Shown in pieces: positions 1 through 7,729 of a stretch of 32,000 nt of DNA. The stretch is from Candidatus Saccharimonadota bacterium. Lineage in GTDB: Bacteria > Bacteroidota > Bacteroidia > Cytophagales > Amoebophilaceae. A program made the position numbers and the translations under genes. The stretch spans positions 180,001 through 212,000 of the forward strand of contig NZ_CP022339.1 in NCBI RefSeq assembly GCF_003351905.1. Direction: 5' to 3'. Below the pieces are notes generated by a model. That model was not told the origin of the DNA. It did not search any database and saw only the letters and a program-made list of their open reading frames with translations. Position 1 is the stretch's first letter. Each line of letters opens with the position of its first letter.

Positions 1-157
1 GAGCAAACACAGTGCTATAAAGGTAGGGCAACCCTATATAAATTACATTTTAAACAGTTAAAGAGGCCAACCATTAGGCTGAGGATACCTACCTATTATC
101 GCGTAGCATACCCACACCTATAAACAGGAAGGGTTGCTTTTTGATCCATGCAGCCTG

Positions 158-460
158 CTACTTCGTTTTTTGTTCTAATTGCGTTGCAATCAGCTCTAAT
201 TCTTTTAATATTTGTTGGGCAGCGCTTACAACATCCGTAATGACTTCTTTACCTGTAGTTTTTGCTTCATTTGTAAACGCATGCTTATTCCCCATGAGCT
301 TTAGCATAAAAGCTTGTAACTTTTTTTTACATGACTTTAAATTGTAAAGCATTCCATCCCTAGCTACTGACCCTTTGGTAGGTGCAGCAAAAATGCCCAC
401 AAAAGCACCTAGGCAAAACCCTAAACAAAGGATCAATATATTTTCAGTTCTTTTTATCAT
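158..460 (-). CDS. YtxH-domain small membrane/stress protein (hypothetical)
   Basis: 100-aa ORF. It has an N-terminal hydrophobic helix (ILILCLGFCLGAFVGIFAAP), then a TKGS..R motif and a charged helical tail, as in YtxH-family proteins. The assignment is from memory of the motif, not from a search. Confidence 0.55.
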   Translation of the reverse strand: MIKRTENILILCLGFCLGAFVGIFAAPTKGSVARDGMLYNLKSCKKKLQAFMLKLMGNKHAFTNEAKTTGKEVITDVVSAAQQILKELELIATQLEQKTK

Positions 461-527
461 TATTGGATCAGTTAAATGGTTAGGTTATTGGTGTCTGTTC
501 ACATTACTGGTTAATGATGAACTTTAT

Positions 528-585
528 CCCACTTTTTTTTTTGATAAAAAAGTGGACAAAAAACCACTGCGCTGAACACATACGG
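528..585 (-). repeat. Family-A intergenic repeat, uninterrupted copy (reads GTATGTGTTCAGCGCAGTGG-T6-GTCCAC-T6-ATC-A10-GTGGG on the minus strand)
   Basis: Direct comparison with 11078..11104 plus 11271..11298. It contains two overlapping AT-rich hairpins (AGTGG/CCACT and CCACTTTTTT/AAAAAAGTGG) followed by T runs. It lies just downstream of nusB in the sense orientation, so it may act as a terminator. Confidence 0.7.
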
Positions 586-694
586 TTATTGATTGTTCAA
601 CTATGGATATCCCTTCAGTCCTATGGTTACGCTACCCCAAAACAAGAAAAAAATGCATCTTGTAAAAAATTACGATCAGCAGTTATGCTCTTTA

Positions 695-1831
695 TTATTG
701 ATTTTCTACCCCTTTTAGGATTCCTTCTAGTACACCATTTATAAAGCAACCACTTTTAGTAGTGCCATACCATTTTGCTATTTCAATGTACTCATTTATA
801 GATACTTTAAATGGTATATCCTTACATTCAAGCAATTCTGCCAAGGCCAATTTGAGTATCAACTTATCGGTTAAGAGGATACGGTCATTATCCCATTTTT
901 GAGTCGCTTCACCAATCATAGCTTCATAGCGCGTGTTGTTTTCCATGACTATCGTCAGTAAGCGGTTATAAAATTCGGCTTCTAGTGCCCATTTTGGATG
1001 ATGCCAAAAGCGGGTAAATGCAGTCAAATCTTTTGTAGCGTGCATGATCACAACATGGATGAGCATTTTTTTTACTATGCGTTTGTGCTCGTCCCAATAG
1101 AGATCTGCCATAGCGAAAACATCATTCATGGGACCCTCTTGGAATATAATAGCTTGCAGGATGTATTCCAAAAGCTTTACACTATTATATGGCGTTGATC
1201 TATAAGCTTTAGGGATTATTGCAGGTTGGATGAATTGTCTATACCAATTTTCTATTTGGTAGGGATCTTTAGACCAGTTGACACTATTTTTAGCAATAGT
1301 ATCCATCCAGTTGCTGTTGTTACACAACGCTTCTAATAAAGGATCTTGTGCCAGCTGATGGGTAAGTAAATGTACTGCTGGTTCTAATGGGTTTTGTGCT
1401 CCTTTTATCTCTTTTGACCATTTGTACCATGCTACCAATAACTGCAAAATATACAAAAGACTCCTGTAGAGCGTCTCCTTAGATTGGTTAAAGTCATTCT
1501 GTACCCGTGTTTGGTCTTTGCCTAATGCTGCTACATAGTAGCCAAGCCGCCTGCGTACAGATTGTTCAATTTGCTTATGCGCTGGGTAAGAAAAATCTTG
1601 CATCGGTAGCGTTGTGGCCACTGCTTCTGAGAAAAGCGCCACGGCTACGCTTTGTGCTTTGGCTTGTTTGTCCTTTTGGTCGGGTGCATCTAAAAAGCTA
1701 TCAAATGTAAAATCTTTTTTTATTTGTTCTATCGCCTCTTGTTGATGTACTTTTTGTGCAATGGTGTATGCATAAAGATTTTGTAGCGCTTTTACGCGAA
1801 CAAAACGCCGAGGAATAAGGAACTTTTCCAT
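695..1831 (-). CDS. nusB: Transcription antitermination factor NusB (long Bacteroidota-type form)
   Basis: N-terminus RRFVRVKALQNLYAY and C-terminus INEYIEIAKWYGTTKSGCFINGVLEGILK match the two conserved NusB blocks. They are separated by a long insertion, as in Bacteroidota NusB. Confidence 0.75.
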   Translation of the reverse strand: MEKFLIPRRFVRVKALQNLYAYTIAQKVHQQEAIEQIKKDFTFDSFLDAPDQKDKQAKAQSVAVALFSEAVATTLPMQDFSYPAHKQIEQSVRRRLGYYVAALGKDQTRVQNDFNQSKETLYRSLLYILQLLVAWYKWSKEIKGAQNPLEPAVHLLTHQLAQDPLLEALCNNSNWMDTIAKNSVNWSKDPYQIENWYRQFIQPAIIPKAYRSTPYNSVKLLEYILQAIIFQEGPMNDVFAMADLYWDEHKRIVKKMLIHVVIMHATKDLTAFTRFWHHPKWALEAEFYNRLLTIVMENNTRYEAMIGEATQKWDNDRILLTDKLILKLALAELLECKDIPFKVSINEYIEIAKWYGTTKSGCFINGVLEGILKGVENQ

Positions 1832-1845
1832 TATCGTGCAGCTTT

Positions 1846-2958
1846 TTATCGGCCAACTTGGGCATTTTTTATGCTTTGAATGCGTGCTATAGCCATTTCT
1901 TGCGCTATTTCCTGTGTCGGGCGAGCACTATTTGCAGCTTTCGCTAATACATCCAGGCAGATGGTATAAAGCTGCTCTGTGCGTTGTTTGACCGAATGAT
2001 GTGCACTGGGTTCTAATTCAGTAACGGCATTGATTAATCCACCTGCATTGGCTAAAAAATCTGGGATATATATAATGCCCCTTTGCAGCAATAGGTTGCC
2101 ATCTCGGTCTTGGTCTGCTAGTTGATTATTAGCCGCACCGACCACAGCGGCACAACTCAGGGTAGGAATAGTGGTATTGTTTAAGGTAGCACCTAAAGCA
2201 CATGGTGCATATATGTCTAACGGCCAGCTGTGCAAATGCTCAGTTGCTACTACTTCTACCTTACAGCTATTTGTTAGGGCTTGCAGACGCTTGGTGCAAA
2301 TATCGGCTACGTAAACAATGGCTTGCTCTTGGCAAAGCAATTGCGCCAAGCTATAACCCACTTTACCTATACCGGCTATACCTATTTTTTTACCCGCTAA
2401 GCTATCTGTTCCAAATGCTTGTTTAGCACTCGCTTTCATAGCAATATAGACCCCATAAGCGGTATGCTCTGACGGATCACCATTTCCTCCTAATGCTACA
2501 GGCAACCCTATGACATGCCGGGTTGACTTGGCAATGTCTACCATATGTTCTATGGTGGTATTGTAGTCTGGTGCAGTAATGTAATAGCCACCTAACCGCT
2601 CTATAAAAGTTCCATATTTGCGCAGCAAAGCTTCTGTAAGTGTGGTGCCTTTTTTCTTCATAACCACAGCTTTTCCACCTCCAAAGTCTAGCCCAGCTAT
2701 AGCGGCTTTGTAGGTCATGCCCCGGGAAAGACGTAGTACGTCTTTAAGTGCCTCGCGTTCATCTTGGTATTCAAAAAAACGCAATCCACCAACAGCAGGT
2801 CCTAATGTTGTATCATGGATGCCCACAATCGCTTGCAAACCCGTTGTTTCATCTTGAAAATAAACCACTTGCTCATGCCCTTTTTGGGAAAAATGGGTGG
2901 TGTCATTTGGATAGTTGCTAAAAATATAGCTAGAAAAGGTTTGCTCTGTTATTTTCAT
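1846..2958 (-). CDS. Leucine dehydrogenase (Glu/Leu/Phe/Val dehydrogenase family)
   Basis: 370 aa. GGLRF..Y..E.EAL.DVLRLSRGMTYKAAIAGLDFGGGKAVV holds the catalytic Lys-containing block, followed by a GIGKVG Rossmann motif. Length and layout fit Leu/Val dehydrogenases. Confidence 0.85.
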   Translation of the reverse strand: MKITEQTFSSYIFSNYPNDTTHFSQKGHEQVVYFQDETTGLQAIVGIHDTTLGPAVGGLRFFEYQDEREALKDVLRLSRGMTYKAAIAGLDFGGGKAVVMKKKGTTLTEALLRKYGTFIERLGGYYITAPDYNTTIEHMVDIAKSTRHVIGLPVALGGNGDPSEHTAYGVYIAMKASAKQAFGTDSLAGKKIGIAGIGKVGYSLAQLLCQEQAIVYVADICTKRLQALTNSCKVEVVATEHLHSWPLDIYAPCALGATLNNTTIPTLSCAAVVGAANNQLADQDRDGNLLLQRGIIYIPDFLANAGGLINAVTELEPSAHHSVKQRTEQLYTICLDVLAKAANSARPTQEIAQEMAIARIQSIKNAQVGR

Positions 2959-3066
2959 AAGGCCTAGTAAAGGTTATGTAGCTTACATTAAGGGTGATGT
3001 CCCTAATACAGCCAACCATATATGAAGATGATACTCAAATAATTAGCTAAGAGGGTAGATCGACAG

Positions 3067-3155
3067 TGGAGTAGGGGGGATTCGAACCCCCGGTACCCTT
3101 TTAAGGGTACACCCACTTTCCAGGCGGGCACCTTAAGCCACTCGGCCACCACTCC
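3067..3155 (-). tRNA. tRNA-Ser (anticodon GGA)
   Basis: I folded the reverse complement by hand. Acceptor stem is GGAGTGG/CTACTCC and the D-stem is 3 bp. Anticodon stem is CCCGC/GTGGG with loop CTGGAAA. The long variable arm is GTACCC-TTAAAA-GGGTAC. The T-arm is GGGGG-TTCGAAT-CCCCC, and the discriminator is A. Confidence 0.9.
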
Positions 3156-3400
3156 AACTAGCTTGTTGAATTTACAACTTTTTTTCTAATTCGGAAAAAA
3201 TACAACAATGGTATATAATTGTTTGATGGTTGCGTTTTATAGTAAAGGATCTCATGCATAGTCTCATTTTTAGCATGGGCTAACAATATTGCATAAGCTA
3301 ATTATATAGATTATCTGTTTTTTTTATTAAAACCCTATTATAATTCTATTAATTTTTGTACAATGAAAAAATTATAATATTTCCATTTAAATAATAAAAA

Positions 3401-4279
3401 GTGATATTGCTTATTGCATTGCTTGTATCTTGCACGTTTTCGTGCAATCGGTTGACTAGATATGGTCTACATCCCACCAAGCAAGCCCTACAAAAAAACC
3501 TAAAGGATCTTGCGCAATTAGTGAGTAAACTACCTATAAAACATAATCCATTATGTGCGTTAGATCAAGATGGTCGTAGCATAGTGCACCATTGCGCTTT
3601 GCATAATCAACCAGAGCGGGTTCAATTATGTCTTTCGCTGCAGTTTCTACATGGACCTGGTATTAATGTGAATCAGCAAGACAAGCATGGCAATACGTCG
3701 CTTCATTTAGCGGCAACCTTGGGCCATGCATCTGTAGCGACGGTATTGCTCCAAGACCCGCGCATTGATGTGCATGCAATGGATCATAATGGTAGAACGG
3801 CGCTTCATTTGGCAGTAGCCTATGGTCATGTAGACATAGTCAAACTATTATTGAAAGATGCAAGAATTGCGATCAATAGAATAGATGATTTTGGCAATTC
3901 TATTATTCACTTGGCAGCAGCCTATGGCCGAGTAGCTGTAGTCGATGTATTACTGAAAGATCCACGCATTGATGTGAATGCCCAAAACTATTATGGGTAC
4001 GTTGCCCTTCACTTGGCAGCAGCCTATGGCCGAGTAGCTGTAGTCAAAGTGTTACTGAAAGATGCACGCATTGATGTGAATGCCCAAAACTATTATGGGT
4101 ACGTTGCCCTTCATTTGGCAGCGGCTTATGGTCATGCATCTGTAATCGACGTATTACTGAAAGATCGACGTATTAATCCAGATGCAATCGATCAGTATGG
4201 CAGAGATTCCTTTTGTTGCGCTTTACAAAGGGGAAAGGTACCTGTATACGAAAGGTTACGGAATATGAAAAGTGCTTGA
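3401..4279 (+). CDS. Ankyrin-repeat protein with lipobox-like signal peptide
   Basis: GTG start. N-terminus is MILLIALLVSC (L-V-S-C lipobox-like). At least six ANK units carry the pattern G.T.LHLAA..GH...V..LL.D.RIDVNA. Confidence 0.9.
   Translation: MILLIALLVSCTFSCNRLTRYGLHPTKQALQKNLKDLAQLVSKLPIKHNPLCALDQDGRSIVHHCALHNQPERVQLCLSLQFLHGPGINVNQQDKHGNTSLHLAATLGHASVATVLLQDPRIDVHAMDHNGRTALHLAVAYGHVDIVKLLLKDARIAINRIDDFGNSIIHLAAAYGRVAVVDVLLKDPRIDVNAQNYYGYVALHLAAAYGRVAVVKVLLKDARIDVNAQNYYGYVALHLAAAYGHASVIDVLLKDRRINPDAIDQYGRDSFCCALQRGKVPVYERLRNMKSA
3908..4111 (+). repeat. Two near-identical tandem 102-bp units (34-aa ANK repeats) inside the ankyrin gene
   Basis: Units 3908..4009 and 4010..4111 differ at about 4 positions by eye (gtcgatgta/gtcaaagtg, tccacgc/tgcacgc). 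A more diverged unit starts at 4112. Confidence 0.9.
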
Positions 4280-4342
4280 GATCTAAAAGTATGTATGGTT
4301 GTATGCGCCATTCAATACTATGTCCATAGTAGGCAAATACCC

Positions 4343-4400
4343 CTGTAAGATGTCACTTTCAGCGACTTTTTTCCAAGGGATTGATTATCAAGAAAAAAGT
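4343..4400 (+). repeat. Partial (right-arm) copy of the palindromic MITE-like element, fused to a family-A tail
   Basis: ctgtaagatgtcactttcagcgacttttttccaagggattgatt + atcaagaaaaaagt aligns with 11222..11296, apart from a deletion of the tttttgtccactttttt segment. Confidence 0.7.
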
Positions 4401-4470
4401 AAAAATAAAATTGCCTTACTCACCCATGGCGTGCATAGACACAAAACGGCTTCCTTAATATATCATTCTT

Positions 4471-4499
4471 AAGCCCCCGCCATTGCATGAACAGACAGC
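4471..4499 (-). repeat. 3'-end motif copy (minus-strand reading: ..GTCTGTTCATGCAATGGCGGGGGCTT)
   Basis: aagcccccgccattgcatgaacagac matches 13316..13344 and the GTATGTGTTCAGCGCAGTGG end of family A. It lies downstream of the ITPase gene in sense orientation. Confidence 0.6.
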
Positions 4500-4555
4500 T
4501 ATGTTTTACGCTTGTCTTACAATACAACATACCTATTTAAGGTATCAGAGCTGAT

Positions 4556-5137
4556 CTAATGGGTCAGGTGGTCTACCAGTAACATAAGTGCTTTATAGCG
4601 ATGCGAAATCTTATTTTTTTGCGTTTCTTCCATCATGGCATAGCTTATGTCGTATCCTTCTGGTTGAAAAATAGACTGCCAATTGGTTTGGTTCGGCATA
4701 GAACTGCTGGGGCGCATAATTTTGCCATGCATGGTACCCGTAAATAGCTTTACAGGTTGACTGGGACCTTCTGTATAGGCAAAAGTAGAAGTCGCTATTG
4801 CAGTTTTATCCTCAAAATCTGATAAAATTCGTATTAGTCCATTGAGTCCTATTTGGTGTATAAAGGTTTTAATGTAAGGGCCAGGGAGGCCATTTAAACT
4901 ATTAAAGCTGAATGCAGTGTCTTCTACTAATACGGTATCTCCTATAATAGCAGCGGCAGTTATACATTTGTTAATGGCAATCTGATCCAAAGAGGCTTGT
5001 AGTTCCGGTAACTCTAAGGCATGATGCACCAACTTAAAAGGAGCAGTATTCCCTAAAATGGCATGAACTTGTTGTAATTTTAATAGATTACTGGTGACAA
5101 AGTTGATGGTTTGCATAGGCGATCTCGAAATAGTCAT
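4556..5137 (-). CDS. Inosine/xanthosine triphosphate pyrophosphatase (HAM1/ITPA type)
   Basis: 193 aa. Motifs seen: [55 protein letters not shown] and [11 protein letters not shown]. Together these are the ITPA/HAM1 signature. Confidence 0.85.
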   Translation of the reverse strand: [193 protein letters not shown]

Positions 5138-5198
5138 GCACTATTTTATAGTTTTTTACACATAAAAACAACCATTGTATCTGATCAAATGGTCTATT

Positions 5199-7481
5199 TT
5201 AGAGTATTTTATCTATATCTAATTCTATAGCAATTTGCTTGTTGTTTGCTGCATCTGTTGATGCATGGCTAGTGGTATACGCAGATGGTGGCTTGCTTTG
5301 AATAATATTTTTTACCTTTTCAGATAAGATGTTGTTGGCAATCAAAGGACCTTTTTTATACACTAGTTGGGGATCATTGTACAACTTGATCATGAATTTT
5401 TCCCATATAGGACGCGCTGTCACACTTCCTGCTCCTAGGCTAAAATCCCTAAAATGAATGCAACGGTCTTCTCCGCCTACCCAAACACCGGTACAGAGGT
5501 TTTGGGTTAGCCCGATAAACCAACCATCTGAATGATTGGAAGTAGTACCTGATTTGCCCGCTATCTCGTTCTGTTCTCTTAGTGCTATAGATACCCCATT
5601 GAGTGCGCCTTCATCTAATGAACCTTTTAACATATAGGTCATGAGATCAGCCGTATCTTCGTGAATCGCTTCGTGGCGTTGTGGTATAAAGGTTTGTAAT
5701 ACATTGCCGTGTTTATCTTCAATATGGGTAATAAAAAAAGGTTCTGTCCAAACGCCTTTGTTCAAAAAAGTACTGTATGCACCTACCATTTCATAAACGG
5801 AAGCATCACTACAACCTAGGCAAATGGCAGGAACTGGATCTAAAGGACCTTTTAGCCCCATGCGCTTGGCATAATCTACAACCAATTGAGGAGTAAGCTG
5901 TTTAATCAGATAAGAGGTGATCGAATTGTAAGATTTGGCCATAGCATAACGTAAAGTATATTGCTTCCCAGAGTAGCTTTTCCAGGCATTTTGTGGCGTC
6001 CAAGTGGTTCCGTTGGGTTGTACAAAAGTAACAGGCTCGTCTGTTACCAAATCTGTGGGTAGGTAATCATTGTCTAAGGCTACGGTATAGACGATAGGCT
6101 TAAACGTTGAACCTGTTTGGCGTTTGCTCTGCTTGACATGATCATATTGAAAGTATTTGTAATCAATGCCACCTACCCAGGCTTTAATATGGCCTGTATA
6201 GGGATCCATAGCCATACACCCAGCTTGTAATATCCTGCGATGATGTTTAAAGGCTTCTAAAGGGGTTATCGTTTTTTGAATAGGACCTTCCCAAGAAAAT
6301 AATGTGGTGGGTATAGGTGTATTTAATACTTTATGAATAGATTCAGTGTCTGTTCCATATTCTTTACGTAGTTTTTGGTAGAGTGGTGTTTTTTTTATTT
6401 CTTTTTCAATATAATCTACTATTTCTTTCCCATTTTCATGAATCCATGGGTTTTGTTCTTTCCAATGGTCCTCAAATTGATTTTGCAGCAGTGCCATTTG
6501 CTCTTTTAAAGCAGCTTCTGCATGCATTTGCACCCGACTATCGATGGTGGTGTAGATGCGTAGTCCATCTGAAAAAAGATCATACCCATTTTCTTGCGTC
6601 CACTTTAAGAGAAAGTCACGCACTACGGCTCTAAAGTAAGGCGCTATACCTTTTTCATAATTTTCTTCTTGATACTGTAATTCAGTAGGTATCTCACAAA
6701 TCAGGTCATATTCAGATTTTTTGAGAAAACCATACTTAGCCATTTGGGCTAAGACTACATTTCTAATATGGTTGGCTCTTTCAGGATTTTTTATGGGGCT
6801 ATAGCGAGTAGGTGCACGTAGTAGACCGACCAACAACGCAGCTTCTTCTATACGTAATTCGGCTGGTGTTTTGTTAAAAAAGGTACGTGCGGCTACTTTA
6901 ATACCATATGTATTGCTTCCAAAGGTAACGGTGTTCAAATACATGGCTATAATTTCTTGCTTGGTATATGCACGCTCTAATTGAACGGCTAAAATCCACT
7001 CTTTTGTTTTAAGGATCAGTTTATTCAGCAATGGAATATCTGTACATTTACCTTTATAGTTTACCTCTTTTCTAATGTTAAAAAGGTTTTTGGCCAACTG
7101 TTGGGTAAGGGTACTGCCTCCTCCTTTATTTTGTTGTAATAAAATAGAAAGGAAAAAAGCACGTGATAAACCTCGTAAATCTATACCTGCATGTTGTTCA
7201 AAACGGTAATCCTCCGAAGCGATCAGTGCATGAACCATATTGGAAGCAATCTCTTCATAGGTTACCGGACTGCGGTTGTTTCTAAAGTACTTGCCTAGTA
7301 AGCTGCCATCAGCTGCGTAGAGCTCAGAAGCTAATTCGCTTTGTGGGTTTTCTAACAAGTCTGTAGACGGCATGCTGCCATATAAATTGTAAAAGTTGAC
7401 TTGAACAGAAAAAAGGTAGATAGGAATGCCTATGGTTATGGCTGCAAAAAATTTCCAGAGTATACGTATTATTTTTTCCAT
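5199..7481 (-). CDS. mrcA: Class A penicillin-binding protein (PBP1A; glycosyltransferase plus transpeptidase)
   Basis: N-terminal TM helix. GT51 motifs are EDYRFEQHAGID and GGSTLTQQLAKN. Transpeptidase motifs are STFKP (SxxK), SYN (SxN) and KSGTT (KTG). Confidence 0.9.
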   Translation of the reverse strand: MEKIIRILWKFFAAITIGIPIYLFSVQVNFYNLYGSMPSTDLLENPQSELASELYAADGSLLGKYFRNNRSPVTYEEIASNMVHALIASEDYRFEQHAGIDLRGLSRAFFLSILLQQNKGGGSTLTQQLAKNLFNIRKEVNYKGKCTDIPLLNKLILKTKEWILAVQLERAYTKQEIIAMYLNTVTFGSNTYGIKVAARTFFNKTPAELRIEEAALLVGLLRAPTRYSPIKNPERANHIRNVVLAQMAKYGFLKKSEYDLICEIPTELQYQEENYEKGIAPYFRAVVRDFLLKWTQENGYDLFSDGLRIYTTIDSRVQMHAEAALKEQMALLQNQFEDHWKEQNPWIHENGKEIVDYIEKEIKKTPLYQKLRKEYGTDTESIHKVLNTPIPTTLFSWEGPIQKTITPLEAFKHHRRILQAGCMAMDPYTGHIKAWVGGIDYKYFQYDHVKQSKRQTGSTFKPIVYTVALDNDYLPTDLVTDEPVTFVQPNGTTWTPQNAWKSYSGKQYTLRYAMAKSYNSITSYLIKQLTPQLVVDYAKRMGLKGPLDPVPAICLGCSDASVYEMVGAYSTFLNKGVWTEPFFITHIEDKHGNVLQTFIPQRHEAIHEDTADLMTYMLKGSLDEGALNGVSIALREQNEIAGKSGTTSNHSDGWFIGLTQNLCTGVWVGGEDRCIHFRDFSLGAGSVTARPIWEKFMIKLYNDPQLVYKKGPLIANNILSEKVKNIIQSKPPSAYTTSHASTDAANNKQIAIELDIDKIL

Positions 7482-7729
7482 ATGTTGTCCGTTTGGTTCT
7501 GCTGCAGGAAGTAGTAAAAATATCTATAAATTTAACCTTTTTAAGGCTAAAAAATCTAAAATAACCGATTCGATGTATGTGGGATCTATGATCATCCAAT
7601 TTCGTCAATTTAAGAAGTATATTTTGTTGACTGTCCAACTTATACCTTATTTAGCGAAAAAGCAGTGCGCTGAATTGATTTCAGTATAGATTATTTTATT
7701 ATATTCCCAGCTCATTTGTATTATACCTT

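Noticed and set aside
24-145. Inverted 8-mers gcaaccct (27..34) and agggttgc (131..138) followed by a T run, considered as a structured small RNA or terminator downstream of the ytxH-like gene.
   Set aside because: Only a short stem encloses about 100 nt that I could not fold convincingly, and the window edge truncates the context. The evidence is insufficient.
3600-4200. Regularly spaced repeats that might be taken for a CRISPR-like array; a similar set lies at 16536..16840.
   Set aside because: The period is 102 bp and in frame within long ORFs, and the units encode canonical ankyrin repeats. There is no alternation of short repeats with unique spacers.
7324-7689. ORFs 7324..7638 (minus strand) and 7426..7689 (plus strand) around the PBP1A start and the divergent intergenic region.
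   Set aside because: They overlap the PBP1A N-terminus or each other and have no motifs. The region is better explained as the divergent promoter region between the PBP gene and the BNR/DUF4015-like gene.
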